The position numbers and the translations under genes are program-made. Source: Octopus sinensis (Eukaryota). Taken from it: 64,000 nucleotides of DNA. The stretch covers positions 45,570,001 through 45,634,000 of the forward strand of contig NC_042997.1 in assembly GCF_006345805.1 (NCBI RefSeq). Direction: 5' to 3'. The stretch's first letter is position 1, and the number at the start of each line of letters is the position of its first letter. The notes under the pieces are model-generated. The model made no database searches and was not told the origin of the DNA. It saw only the letters and a list, made by a program, of their open reading frames with translations. This document shows positions 1 to 13,842 of the stretch, piece after piece.

Positions 1-943
1 TCTTTCTACTTATCATTGTATACCATTTATAATCAGTGAAATCGACGACAATACATGACTGGCACTGTGTTTTGATTAACCACGAAGGGACGAAATGTGC
101 AAAATACGACTTCAACAAGATTTGAACGCGGAGCCCTGATGTCGTGGGGCAGAAGTAGTGAAAATCTCCGAAAGATTTTTGAATCAAACACTGAAAAATG
201 CTTTCCACTGGCGTTGTTAGTTAAGCTGCGGGTCGTATTTATTGGAGAGAGAAGTAAACTCGATGTTGTAATAATGCCCATGTGTGTATCATAAGATACA
301 CGACAGGAAATTTGAAAATGAAAGAGGTGGGCAACGGAGAACAGATGATCTGTGAGTATTTATTACCTGTGTGTCTGTCGATCTACGAAGAGTGTAAAAA
401 GTAAACTACGATGAACATTTTCGAATTACAATTAATGAGACGAGACATCAAGGTAGACCGGTTCCCTTTAAGCGCGGATGTGGTCCTTGCGGATACCAGT
501 TCGGGCTTTGGTTGACCACTAACGCCCAGCAAAATAATTATATACAAACGAATTGTTTAAAGGAAATAACAGTAATTTCTTGATGTAGCATTTGCCGGCT
601 TAGATTTATAATGAAAAATAAATAAACATTAGTTACAAAACACTGAAACCGGGTCGCATAATCAGCTTATCGTGGGCTTTTTTACTCTTAAAGCCATGTT
701 TATTCTTTTTTCTCTTTATTTTATTGAAATCCATTTATATACATCGATAAATCGAACATTATGTAAAACAAAACCAATCTCAACGTGATCAACTATAATA
801 ATAATAATAAAGGTGACAACAATCATAATAATAATAATAATAATATTACATCCATGATTTCTTTAAATGCTAGAAAGGCGAGACTTGAAATATAGAGGAA
901 ACTTTATTAATGATCATTAAAGAAGAAAAAACAAAAAACTCAC

Positions 944-1028
944 CGTTTGCCGAAGCATGAGGACTCCAGAGTAAATATCCAAGGATAAATATCCACATGA
1001 AATGTAACCTACTCCCCCGGTTTGTCAT
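944..1028 (-). CDS. First coding exon of a secreted or membrane protein (signal peptide); gene continues towards and beyond window start
   Basis: Minus strand reads aatATG ACA AAC ... GCA AAC G|GTGAGT = MTNRGSRLHFMWIFILGYLLWSPHASAN. Basic N-region, hydrophobic core, A-S-A cleavage motif, A at -3 and a perfect GTGAGT phase-1 donor at 943-938, in non-repetitive sequence. Too short for the ORF track. Confidence 0.7.
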
Positions 1029-2409
1029 ATTTTCCGGGATCTGTCCTTAAGTGTACCTTATTTCTCTCTCTCTCTGCTTCAGTAAAAAGTGTAAAAGGCC
1101 GAGGTACAGTAAAAACAAGTTAGGTTTACACTTTGCTATTTGTTATCGCCTCTTCACCCACAACTGAGGAGTTTTTTGTGGTTTTTTTAAATCTATTTCC
1201 TGTTTTATTTCACTATTTTTTTTTTTTTACACCAGGTAAAACTGATTAGCTTTTAAGTTTTATCTTTAATCTAACAAAGCGAGAGACTGAAAAGGAAGTG
1301 ACTTGTTTTTTTCAATAAACAATAGGGCCTATATATATATATATATATATAATATAATCTGTGTGTGTGTAAGGTGTGGAGGGGATAGAAGCGGGTTAAG
1401 CTATTCTCGAACAGACACCTTGTGTTTTTATGGGGGTTTGGTGACCTTTTCCTTTTCCTTTTTTTCCCCCTGTTGCGGCAGAAAAGAAAACCACACACAC
1501 ACAAACAAAAAAAATAATAACAAAATATGAATAATTTACAAACGATCGCGAGTTGACGTTTATGTCCAAGATTTTTGTCGACTGTTCATGGTTTTAAGTG
1601 GAAAATAACACCTCCAGTGTCCACACCGGTAAAGACTGTTGCGATAGTATTAATAATAATAGTAGTAATAATAATGGGAATGATGGTGATGAACAAAAAG
1701 AAAAGGCCTCCATTCATGTGTCGACCGACCGACCGGACCGGTGGGCCGTATATAACTAAGTAACGTGGACAGTTCAGTTGTTGTTGTACAGGTGGGAAGA
1801 GAGTGAGACACACGATAGTAATGGCGGTGGTGGTGGTGGTGGTGAGAGGAAGAGAAACTAGTAAAGTGAGTGAAGGTAGTGGGAGTGAGTGAGTGAGTGA
1901 GTGGCTGGCTGAGTGGAAGTAGAAAAGGAGCGAAGGAGTTTTAAGCCAGGCAGTTTAGTGATTGAGTGACAAAATAACCCTGAATAGATGAAACAAAGAA
2001 AAAAAAAGGTGTAAAGAAAACTATGAAAAACCCAGCCCGTTTTTCTTTTTTTAATGTTTTTGGTTACTATCTCTTCCGTTTATGCAGGTCTTTCCCCCAT
2101 TTTCTTTCTTTTTTTTTTTTACAAACTTTCTCCCTCTTTCTCATCCATCTCGCTTTCTCTCCCACTCTCTTTCTCTCTTTTTTTTCTCACTGTCTCTCCC
2201 TCAATTTTTTCTTCCCCCTTTTGCTCCCTTCCCACTCTTTATCCCTTTTCCAATATTGTTGCTTGGTTTAAATAAACGTGATAGTTATTCCTGTGTGTAA
2301 AAATCGGCTGCTAAACTCGGCTGGCAATATGCCAAGCTGCCTCTGCTAAGCGTGTCCCGAGAGAACGAGGAGCGGAGGAGTAGGAAGAGGAGAGTCAGAA
2401 ATTCGAATG

Positions 2410-2469
2410 AGCGGGATGGATGGATAGACAGACAGATAGATAGATAGATACATAGATAGATAGATAGAC

Positions 2470-2516
<47 letters not shown>

Positions 2517-2750
2517 CAGACAGATAGACAGATAGATAGATAGACAGATAGATAGATAGATAGACAGACAGATAGACAGATAGATAGATAGACAGACAGA
2601 TAGATAGATAGATAGACAGATAGATAGATAGAGATAGATAGATAGATAGACAGATAGATAGATAGACAGACAGACAGATAGACAGACAGACAGACAGATA
2701 GATAGATAGAAGATAGACAGATAGATAGATAGACAGACAGACAGATAGAC

Positions 2751-2820
<70 letters not shown>

Positions 2821-2835
2821 ATAGATGGATAGATA
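2410..2835. repeat. (GATA)n/(GACA)n compound microsatellite
   Basis: Direct inspection; explains the spurious 287-aa LSIY ORF. Confidence 0.98.
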
Positions 2836-4286
2836 AAATAAAAGCTAGAGCGTGTCTTTCTTCTTTTAAAGTATTCTTGGAAAGGGAGTAAGAGACACCG
2901 ATAAAGTAAGAAGAGAATGAGGAAAGAGAGACGAGAAAGAGAATTAGCAAACGAATAAGGGGGGGGGTGAAAAGTGAATATTGTCCTGTGAATGGCTTTA
3001 TTTCATTTACAGTTAGAGAGAGAGAAGGAGGGAGACAAAGTAAAACGAAGAGACAGTGAGGGGGGGAGCGAGTGAGAGAGTGAAAGATAGAGCATGGGCG
3101 AGGGAAAGAGAGTGGGTGAGTGAGTAGAAAGTGGTATAAAAGAGACAAGGAACTATTGGAAGAAAGAGAAAGGGTGAGGCAAAGATAGCGAGGGAGTAAT
3201 TCACTACTTGTTAGTAAGGGACTAATTATGATAGTCGGTAAAGAAAATTATTAGTGAAGCCGCAACAACCATTACAGCAAACAGTAACATTGCACATAAG
3301 CGAACCGACGTGGTGGCCTATTTTGCGATCGCACTGTCTGCTAGAAATAGCAGCCAAATCCGTCCCGGCCTACGCTCCACTGGATTATGCAAGAAAGGAT
3401 ATGTAAGGTAACGGTTGTCCTGCATATCCTAGTAAGGCGAGAGGATCTCGGATCTCTACTGGATTTTTTAAAAAACAATATACACGTATTTATCATATGG
3501 ATAGGTATTCATATAGGTTTATACAAAAACAATTTGTCGTAAATTACATACAATTTGCGCTCGTTCCCCCCACCCCCCAATTCTGAATGGAAAGTAATTC
3601 AGATTTTTAAAAAGAAGTATATTTCTTACTTCAACACCTCGATTTGACCCGGGACGTTGTACATGTCTTGCTTTTAGTTATTAATATAAATTTAAAGTTG
3701 AAGAAAGCTGACTTCATTTATTTTCTAAGAAATCCAACAGGTCCAATGATAAACACAAACAGTCGTTGTTGGTTTATTATTTACTTTATTAGAAAGTACT
3801 TGACTAAACATCAAAATTAAGCAATTGAAAAAAAATATTATTGAAAAGTAAACTTAACACACACACAAAAAAAAGCCGCGTTATTAGTGAAAACAAAAAA
3901 GTTATCAGAGGTAAGAAAAAAGAATCTGAAAACTTTTTCTTTGTCGTCTGGTGTTTTGCAACAACAACAAAACAACAATTATTACAGCCAATCACCAGGG
4001 TCAGTCTTGATTTTCACCTTTCGGGGTTTCATATTGTAAAATAGTAGCGATAGAGGAAACCGATCCTAAATTTTACGCCCTGCCTTCACAAAGTTTAACT
4101 GCGTACCTTGAACAAGAAAAACACTGTTATACATAAATTCACAGTAGAGTACCAACTACTTTCATGTTTTCAATATTTAGGTTTTCTATGGTTGTTTGTT
4201 TTCGAATTCAAATAACGCTACAATAGACCTTAGTTTTCATATCTCAAAACGGAGGTGGGCGACCTCATATAGAAAGATTATTAGTA

Positions 4287-4432
4287 CAGGGCCAGATTAA
4301 GGTCAACTTAAGCCCTAAGTACAACACAACAACGGTGACCCTCGACACCTTCCATTGGTCCATTGACAAGGCATTAAGATAAAAGTGGTGAATGTGAAAT
4401 AATTGATTAAAAATTCATCATTACAGAACGCT

Positions 4433-4488
<56 letters not shown>

Positions 4489-4688
4489 ATCTGTTGTTTA
4501 AATTTTATTAATTTAACACTAAATATCGGTAAACAGTTTATTATTCATTTATAACGACAAACTTTAAATATAAATTTAAGAAGTAAAACTGTTAGAGTAA
4601 CCATTTACACCATGGTAAATGTGTCGCTGTAAAGACTGTAACCCCTTATATTAGCTGCTTATTCTGTTTTGTAGTTAATCCGGCCTTC
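4287..4688. mobile_element. Non-autonomous hAT-type MITE
   Basis: Imperfect TIRs CAGGGCCAGATTAA (4287) / TTAATCCGGCCTTC (4675-4688), with an 8-bp TSD tattagta (4279-4286) / tgttagta (4689-4696). Confidence 0.6.
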
Positions 4689-5204
4689 TGTTAGTACACA
4701 CACACACACACACACACGCTCGAGGGCGCGCATGGAACATACTTTTCAATAGAATTTATTTCCATCCTTAAAAGGAAAAGCTCGACCCTTCGCCTTGTGA
4801 AAAGATATCGCTATAATAATTTTACAAACTTTTCATACTTTCTTAATTGCCATAAAACTAGTGTCACCAAGGGCTTCGGTCGTTCTACAACAAAGCAGAG
4901 AATACAAATTCTCATGTAGGTCAACGTCGTTTACAATCTGTTGCGATGACGGTGGTGGTGTCGGCGTTGACATGGATCGCAGTTGACAAAAGGTGAAGGG
5001 AAAATACCTGTGGCACGTGATAGCTACACGGAAAGCTATTGGTCTATTTACATATCAGGTGTGCCCTGTTTGTTCACCTCTTTCATGACTAATGTGGAAC
5101 AGGTGAACAGATTTTATGCTATTTTAATTAAATTCTGAACTCAAATAGTGCAAATAAAATGTCAGATATGGAAGATCAAAATTAGTAACATAACTTCTTT
5201 CATG

Positions 5205-5206
<2 letters not shown>

Positions 5207-5295
<89 letters not shown>

Positions 5296-5298
5296 ACG
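5207..5298. repeat. (CA)n microsatellite
   Basis: Direct inspection. Confidence 0.98.
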
Positions 5299-6095
5299 CA
5301 ATAATTCTATTTATTTTTATTCTGCTTCAGAATAAAACTATTGTTACTCGAATATTATACAATATCGAACGGCTGCTATCAAGTGCGGGACTAATCCGGC
5401 TGTCTGTCTGGTCCATTGTTAAGATCTCCTTGACATTTTCCTTTATCAAAGAATGCCAACTAGATTTCCTCTGCCTGGTGGCTCTGGTATCTGAGGCTAC
5501 ATGACAATAGCGGACAAATGTGGAAAACCTAGAGGTGGGCTTTTTCTCCCCATGTAAATTCGCGTTGTTTAAGTATCACCTAAAATGTAAATTGTAGGCA
5601 AAGAGAAAAATACTGTCCCGTCTCTGGTAAATTGTACGAAAGTTGGATATGAATAGGGACTTGGTGGTGAATTAAAAGGACAAAGGGCTCAGTTTCGGCT
5701 TAGGATCGGAGCCGGGATACGTATATCCAAAGCGGCAAATAGTCGAGATTTTAGGGTGTCCTAGGATTCTTGAGTGATTGTCTCTCACTTGTGAGGTGTT
5801 TTATACATAATTTATTAAATGCTTCTATTCTCTAATATATCAAACATATAGCTATATTTAAAGACACAGAAGTGGCTGTGTGGTTAGAAGTTTGTTTCCA
5901 TATCCTTCTGGGTTCAGTTCCAGCTTCTGAGTCGATTTGACAAACGGAAAGAAGCCCGCCGTGTATAAATGTATAAACAAGGGCAAAAGAAAAAATTCTA
6001 ATGCCAAATATGCCGAATATAGACTTAAATTCATCGCTATAAGCACGCGTCACAAAATAACTCGACAGGAATTTCTAAAAAATCCGTTATTATCG

Positions 6096-6149
6096 TATCG
6101 GACCCGATTTCAGAGTTAATTCATAAGAATTTTCTCCTCGTCAGTGATA
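6096..6149 (-). ncRNA. Hammerhead ribozyme motif (type I, slightly degenerate)
   Basis: Minus strand: tatca-CTGACGA-ggag..aattc ttat gaatt..ctct-GAAA-tcgg-GTC-cgata; one mismatch in stem I. Confidence 0.6.
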
Positions 6150-6462
6150 AATACTGTAAGAAATAAATGAATTACTTACTTATACCCATGGAAGAAGCAA
6201 ACACTAAGTCATAAGTACACCTAAGTACTCCAAATATATCCAAAATAGAAATTCTTACTTCGAGACGCGTGCTTATAGTGATGAGTTATACGGTTATTGA
6301 CGATTTAAGTCTATTTTCGGCGTATTTGGCATTAGAATTTTTTTCTTTTGCCCTTGTTTATAAATTTAACCGTTAAAGGTATTTTTTATATGCTGGCCAT
6401 TGATAGAATTTTTTTCGAAAAATTTTATCCTATATTGGATACACACACACACACACACACAC

Positions 6463-6531
<69 letters not shown>

Positions 6532-6549
6532 GTTATATAGATATATCTA

Positions 6550-6790
6550 TATCTTTTCTTTATGGGTTTCAGCTAGAGGCTGAGGCCATGCTGGTGACCG
6601 GGGCTTTTTCCCTTATTGCTCCTGGTGAAGTAGCGAGTTGGACGTTGCCACTCTTCTTTGTGCCTCCTGCCGCGATATGGGGTCATCCGTAATTTGCAGA
6701 TAAAAGTCTGTCTGGACGTTTTTTGAAGACTTCCATGTCTACACCTTTGCAGATCCTTTATGTTCTGTGGTAGGGCATTAAAAAGTTATG
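6550..6790 (-). mobile_element. 3' end of a CR1-clade LINE
   Basis: Degenerate LFNALPQNIKD..GVDMEVFKKRPDRLL C-terminus followed by tail ccagcatggcctcagcctctagctgaaac. Confidence 0.55.
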
Positions 6791-7103
6791 GTTCATTGAA
6801 TCCAAAACTATTGCAATATCGGGTTCGTATTCTCGATGGAGATGATGGGACTAACCCTGAAATCGGTCCGATATGGTAATAATGGAATTTTTTAGAGATT
6901 TCTGTCGACCTCTTTTTCGAGTAGCGTGCGACTGGGAAAAAATTATATGGTAAAAGGAGAATATGTCCAATTTTCGGCATATTTGGCATTAGAAATGTTT
7001 TCGTTTGCCCTTATTTATAAGTTGTTTATAATTTAACCTTTAAAGGTATTTTTTAATATGCTGGCCATTGATAAAAATTTTTTTCGAAAAAATTTTATCC
7101 TAC

Positions 7104-7139
<36 letters not shown>

Positions 7140-7233
7140 AAGAAATGAGGTACTCAGAAGATCGGATGGTTTATGTTTACAGATATTTATTTGTATATTA
7201 CATTTTTTATATATATATATCATATCACTTAGA

Positions 7234-7274
7234 TCATTAGCGCTTTCTCCCATTCTAGTGGGGTTTTCAAATCA
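7234..7274 (-). ncRNA. Degenerate hammerhead motif in a short TA-embedded element
   Basis: Minus strand: TTGAAAA-cccca ctagaa tggga-GAA-AGCGCT-A, with palindromic helix III and a mutated core. Confidence 0.4.
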
Positions 7275-7279
7275 AACTA

Positions 7280-7327
<48 letters not shown>

Positions 7328-7338
7328 ATATATATATA

Positions 7339-8625
7339 AGAGTTGGACAAAATAAAAGGAAACACCTAGCATCATAGCATCATAATTTTGAAATATCTAT
7401 AAAAACATTAAAACCTTGTTTATTTTTATGTTTTTTTATTCATTATTATTAGTGTTTTTTAATATGTTTTGCTAAAATTTCTGTTTCTTTTCAGATATCA
7501 GAAAAAGGTAATTAATATTCATTAAAATGACAGTTCTATCGGACATTCAAAGAGGTCAAATTGTTGGTGTTCGCATGGCAGGCGGTAGCGTAACGAAGAC
7601 AGCCGAAATGTTTGGTGTATTAAGGATTACTGTTTTGAAAGTAATGACAGCCTTTGAAAAAGAGGGAAAAACCTCCCCGTGGAAACAAAACTCCGTAAAA
7701 AAACCAAAACTTTCAGAGAGGGACCATTGGAATCTTACGCGAATTGTTAGAAAGGATTACAAAAGTACAGCTCCCAAAATTACTGGAGAGTTTAATAACC
7801 ACCACGAGAACCCAGTTTCCACAAAAACTGCTCTCCGGAGCTGCATGAAGCCGGATCTCATGGGAGGGCTGCAATCAGAAACCACTACTTTGAAAAACAA
7901 ACGTTGCAAAGCTTTTAGAGTTGAGTAAAAAAGAAAACCTACAGAATTGGTCCCTAGAACAGTGGAAGAATGTTATTTTCTCGGACGAGTCATCCTTTAC
8001 CTCTTTTCCGACCGCCGACCGAGCATACATGTGGAGACAGCCAAAAGAAGCATTTGACCCAGACTGCCTTCTTCCAACTGTTAAACATGGAGGAGGATCT
8101 GTGATGATCTGGGGCGGATGGGTGGGGGGCTATATCTTGGAAATCCGCCGGCCCAGTGGCTTCCTTTCATGGCAGAATTAATAGTGAAGACTATTTAAGC
8201 ATTTTATCTGATCGAATTGATCCTATATTTGCGGAACTGTTTCCGGAAGGATACGCAACTTTCAGGATGATAATGCATCAATTCACACAGCTAAAGTTGT
8301 TACTGAATGGCACGAGGAACATTCTAGCGAAGTTGAGCATCTTATCTGTCCACCACAATCCGCAGATCCCAATATTATTGAACTTTTATGGTGCATTTTA
8401 GAAAAACAAGTAAGGAGTCGGTATCCTTTACCGTGATCACTACAAGGACTGAAGACTGTTTTAGCTGAATAATGAACAAATTTCCTTTGCAAACTATTCA
8501 AACTTTCTACGAGTCTATACCTCGTAGAATTCAAGCTGTAATTTCTGCCAAAGGCAGTCCTACCCCATATTAAAATAAATTTGTTTGAAATATTAAGGTA
8601 TTTCCATTATTTTGTCCAACCCCTC
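7339..8625 (+). mobile_element. Full-length but defective Tc1 transposon
   Basis: TIRs (ag)agttggacaaaataaaaggaaacacct / aggtatttccattattttgtccaacccct in a TA context. Frameshifted transposase in ORFs 7527-7928, 7921-8181 and 8156-8401 (LSDIQRGQIVG HTH, WKNVIFSDES, TVKHGGGSVMIWG). Confidence 0.95.
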
Positions 8626-8637
8626 TATATATATATA

Positions 8638-8707
<70 letters not shown>

Positions 8708-8805
8708 ATATATATATATATATATATATGTTTATATATATATGTTTATATATATATATGTATTTATATATATATGTGTATGTTTATATATATATCTTTA
8801 TATAC

Positions 8806-8836
<31 letters not shown>

Positions 8837-9373
8837 AAGATATATATATAAACATACACATATATAAACATATATATATGTTTATATATATATATATATC
8901 GCATCCATTTCCAAGTAAGTTTATCTTGATATATTTGATGCGACTCTATACTGTTCTCTTCCCCTATCGTTTTCTCTCTCATCCTTTCTCTAATTCTTTC
9001 ACAGTTTTCTACCTGTCCCTCTCTGTCCCTCTTTTATCCCTTACTCTCTCTCTCTCTCGTTGCTCACACCTGACCATCGTCCATCGTTCTTTTCCACACG
9101 TAACCAGCTTTCTTTTCCTTCAGGGCTGTCGTAAAGACTGCACGTATCCTATCTATCTTTCTCTTCTATCGTTTCTGTTTTCAAAGAAAATATTTCTCTC
9201 ACCGTTCACTATTTGCCATTTGTTCAGGTCTAACAACCCTCCATGTTTGTTTTCGTTCGGTTTCCCTATATGTCTCCACTGTCCTGTTTTTGTTCGTAAC
9301 TTTGACCTTCGCGTGACCAGCTTCCTTTCTTGCTCGGACTTTCTAAAGACTAGACGTCGTGTACTCATATATG

Positions 9374-9411
<38 letters not shown>

Positions 9412-9968
9412 TGTTTATATATATATATGGTCACATATATATATATATGGTTACATATATATGGTTCTATATGTATATGCTTTTGTATATATACATATAT
9501 AATATATAATTTATATAATATATATATAATTTTTATATATATAATTTATATAATTTATATATATATAAATTAGAGAGGAAGCACATGAAGCAATTCAACA
9601 ATGATATACTTAAATCATACCATATAGAAAAAAATTAAATATACGATAAAACATTTGCCTAAACCTGAATAAAGTACTAAATAATAAATAGATAATATAT
9701 AATTAGTAAATAGACTACACGTGTTTCGTGGCTATATTTTCAAATTGATAGCAATAAAATCAATTCAATTTAAATATATATATGTTTATATATATATATA
9801 TATATACTTCTATATGTATATATATGCTTATATATGTATATGTATATATATATGCTTATATATGTATATGTATATATATATGCTTATATATGTATATGTA
9901 TATATATATGCCTATATATGTGTATATATATATATATATATATGCTTATATATATATATGTATGTATG

Positions 9969-10010
<42 letters not shown>

Positions 10011-10673
10011 CAAGTTATCAAGTAGTGATGCAGTACGACCGTTTCAAGCGACTCAATTTAATTGAACAATGCACCAATTACATGAATTTAAATGTAGTAC
10101 CATCTTCAGCTTCACAAATAAATAAATAGCATTTTTACCAGTCGGACACAATATAATTTTTCTCAAATATTTTAAGAAAGCAAGAAGATGGATGAAATTC
10201 ACGTTCTCGTTATTGTAGCTAAGAATAGACTGTCGCCTGTACTCTTGACAAGAGATGTCATTCATTTTCACTTTAGCAGGCTCGTTCGTATTAGCCTGAG
10301 TTACTACTGTATAACAGCAATCAAATAATGAAAGCAGAAAGCACAACAAACATCACCGATCTTACTGTCGTCTGCGCACTCTTGACAAGAGATTAGTTCG
10401 TTTCACCTACCAGGCTCGTTCATATCAGCCCGAGTTGCTAGATAATCTTTCGTTCCTTTAAGAATATTGTCGAACGGAAACTTTTCATCTCTTCCAGATA
10501 CCTGGATGACTGTTTCATTCTTTGGCATGAAAGTATAGAGAGACTTAAAGAATTCCAAGCACTTATAAATGGATTTGACGTAAACATTCAATTCACGATA
10601 GAATACAGCCATCAACAACTTCCCTTCTACGACATTCTCATTAAGAAATCTAACAACGTAGCAGAAACAGATA

Positions 10674-11084
10674 TCTATATATATAAAAATGAGAATGTGT
10701 GACTGTCTGTCTGTCTGTTTGTCTGTGTGAATCCCTAAAACTTGAGAATTACAAAACCAATTTCATTCAAATTTTACACATGCTTTACTTAGGGTCCATG
10801 TAGTGTCATGAGCCAAAAAAATTTTAACTTCTCGTCTAGTGCGAGCCCACTGCAATATCATATCTTCTCCATTATTTCAGTAATACGTGTCAAAAGTGAA
10901 ACAATAGCGTCTATCTATTGTAATGTCAGATACGTTCACTTTAATACTGTGAAACTATTAAAGTGAAACTATTATCTCACAAATATACAGGCATATATAC
11001 ATATATACAATATATATATATATATTATGTATTTATATATATATATATATATGTATACTTCTCCACAAATGTATATATACATAC

Positions 11085-11121
<37 letters not shown>

Positions 11122-11663
11122 GGCCATTGTACGAAGTATGGCCATTGCACGAAGCTTAATCAATGTTGTTATCGTGCAATGCCTGTGCAAGAAGATATTT
11201 TTTAAAGTGAGACAAGGCTGTGCACTGAGTCAATCCCACTCACTAAGCAACATCAGCCATAATCCGAAAAGAAGAACAAGTCAACATCATCGGTAACCGC
11301 TGAGCCGCAGGTTTTATGTCGGAGTTATCCCAGTTACCTGAGTTACCTTCTCCTAGAAGGATGCCCTGACAAAGGCTAGGAGTCCTTCACTCCCAATGGT
11401 TTAACCGCACGATCGGGTATTCAATCCGATTATTTCTATGTCCCCGCGCATGATACAGCCTTAAGACATTTATTGGATGGCCGTTGACTCTCAAGAGTTC
11501 CTCCACCCTTTGATGGGTTTTGATTTTCATCCTGCAGGGTGTCCAATAAACACCCTCCTCACCAAGCAAGCTTGGTGGGGTTGTCGGTTTAGTCGCCAAC
11601 GACCCGACCATGCAACAGGTTGTACTGGGTTACATGTTACTAGTAGCACTCGAAAGTGACCTG

Positions 11664-11752
<89 letters not shown>

Positions 11753-13842
11753 GCATACATATATACACCCATACACACACATGTATACATAGGTGCGGGT
11801 GTGGCTGTATGGTAACAAACTTGGTTCCAAAACACATGGTCCTGGGTTCAGTTCCACTGTGTGGTGACTTGGCATGTGTCTTCTGCTATAGCCTCAGACC
11901 AACCAATGCCTTGTCAGTGGATTTTGTAGACAGAAACTGAAAGAAATCAATCGTATATATATGTATATATATATGTAAGTCTATGTGTGTCTCTTTATCT
12001 CTGTGTTTCTCCCTCATCCCTGCTTCACAACTGGTGTTCGTTTATTTACATCCCCATAACTTACTGGTTTCACAAGAAGAAACTGATAGAATAAGTACCA
12101 GGCTTATTAAAAAAAGCACTAGGCAGTGTCTCATATTTTTGTTTGACCACTCAGTTGTATCTATCAATTTATCCTTTGTGTGTGTGTATATATATATATA
12201 TATAATACACACTCTCTAATATATATACATGTATGTATATGTGCACATTCATATCTACTATATCAAAGTCAATGTCTTTATGTGTGTTCGTGTGTTACTT
12301 ATATATTCGAAAACTGCTGCACCGATCCTAATGAAATTTGGAACTTAGATTCAATGTATAAGGGCGTGTATAATGCAATATGCCTGGTTTGAATTTCAGA
12401 TGGCTTGAAAGGGGCTGAACTCCCATGAAAATTCATAAATTTTCGATGTTGATTAAATTTCAACCATGGGTAATTGAAACACATCAAAAAGTATTCTCAA
12501 AGTTTCCACTTCTCATGAGGATTCTAAGACACCCTAATGGGGGCCTTAACTCCCAAATCTTAGTAATTTCTTTTATGATCCAAAACTAGGTCAAATGTAT
12601 TGAATGGATCTTAATGAAATTTGGAGATTATATTCTATGCATAAGGGCCATAACCCCCATGACAATTCATATATTATTGCTGTTGATGAAATTTTAACCA
12701 TAGATATTAGACACAAATGAAGTAATATTTATAAAATTTCATCTTCTTACAAGTTAGAAAGACCCCTTCATGGGGTCTTAACACCCACAATTTAGTCATT
12801 TTATCTAAGCAAAGACGAATACAGTTGTGCTCTTGGAAGCTGTAGGGTCACCCGAGTATAAAAGATGAGCATTATTTGTAATTCAATGGTGCAACAGTGT
12901 AAGAGTTTGCTTTGAAATATACTTAGATTGGGATTTCTGCAATGTGGTGCATACATTGTCAAGTAAATGAGAGGCATCTTTGCCTCCACTGATTCAGTTG
13001 CAAAGTGTTGGGTAAAGTTATTTAGTTGCAGACCTCCTTTTTATTATCACTAGGTCACACATAGTCCCCAGATTGTAACACTGATTTCAAGGTCTTCCCA
13101 GATGAGTGACTGGCTATTCAAAGACATTTATAGATTGTAAATTTTTTCTGTCCAGTTACGTATCAGTATAGTGGTCATTTGCAAACTCCAGAGGTGACAC
13201 TTTTATTTCTCCTTAGCCCTCACGTCACACAGTTGTTAATGATTATTTCAGTTGGGTTACGCCCTTCTAATTGCTATAGATCCGTAATGCATCTTACGGC
13301 TGTGCCTGTCACCTGTATGGTGAAGAATCCTACATTGGGAATGGTAACGACTAGGGTACGGTAGCTGACTGCTTATTACGATCATTCGTCTTTTGGTTTC
13401 CTGTAGCTTTGCTCTCTTTTACAAACCCAGTGAACATACATATATTTCCTATTTCAAAGAAATTCAAACAATAGATATAAGACCCAAGTTAAAAAAAGAT
13501 TCTCAACAATTCAACTTCTCTGGTAGACATTAAGACACCCACCTCCAATAGGGGCCTTAACTCCCATATTTTAGAGCTCCATGACCTCCATTTTTCAGGA
13601 GCAAAATCCTTTCAACAGGTTCTATAAGACTGGAATTTTGGAATCTGCGCATAAAAATCAGTAGTATGGATACATGTGTCATGATTATAATTTTTTAGGG
13701 TGTGTAAAGAGGGAAATAACCCTCATCTGCAATTTTGATGAAATTCGAATCATAGGTATTCCAGATCAATACAGAAAATATGACAGAAAAGTCTAATTCT
13801 TCAATTGCATGTAATACGGGCAACGCTGGGTATCTCTGCTAG
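10674..13842 (+). mobile_element. Non-autonomous Helitron (composite, carrying nested SINE and LINE fragments)
   Basis: 5' TCTATATATATAAAA after A10673; 3' imperfect hairpin cgggcaacgctggg plus CTAG at 13839-13842 before T; no TSD. A second Helitron-like 5' end (TCTACTATAT) at 12254 and internal repeats at 12320-13570. Confidence 0.8.
11791..12120 (+). mobile_element. CORE-type tRNA-SINE (diverged)
   Basis: Matches the family at 45983-46389. Confidence 0.8.

Larger units (their letters stand above)
5972..7105. mobile_element. Penelope-type pLTR-like repeats in inverted and direct arrangement
   Basis: 5972-6051 is the reverse complement of 6264-6362. About 6860-7105 is a third copy (direct repeat of 6315-6435, inverted to 5972-6110). 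An HHR motif lies in the loop. Confidence 0.6.

Noticed and set aside
2285-3148. 287-aa ORF, and similar long ORFs at 8581-9573, 19028-19789, 19874-20734, 48278-49277 and 56311-57026
   Set aside because: They are translations of (GATA)n, (TA)n and (TATG)n microsatellites that lack stop codons; no protein features.
9712-10110. Partial HHR-like strings (GAA-ACACGTGT-A near 9715; GAAACGGTC near 10040), also at 48312 and 49820
   Set aside because: Core or stem I could not be completed; too degenerate to call.
10230-10440. About 135-bp-period direct duplication
   Set aside because: Only two diverged units; not a CRISPR array or an otherwise interpretable repeat.
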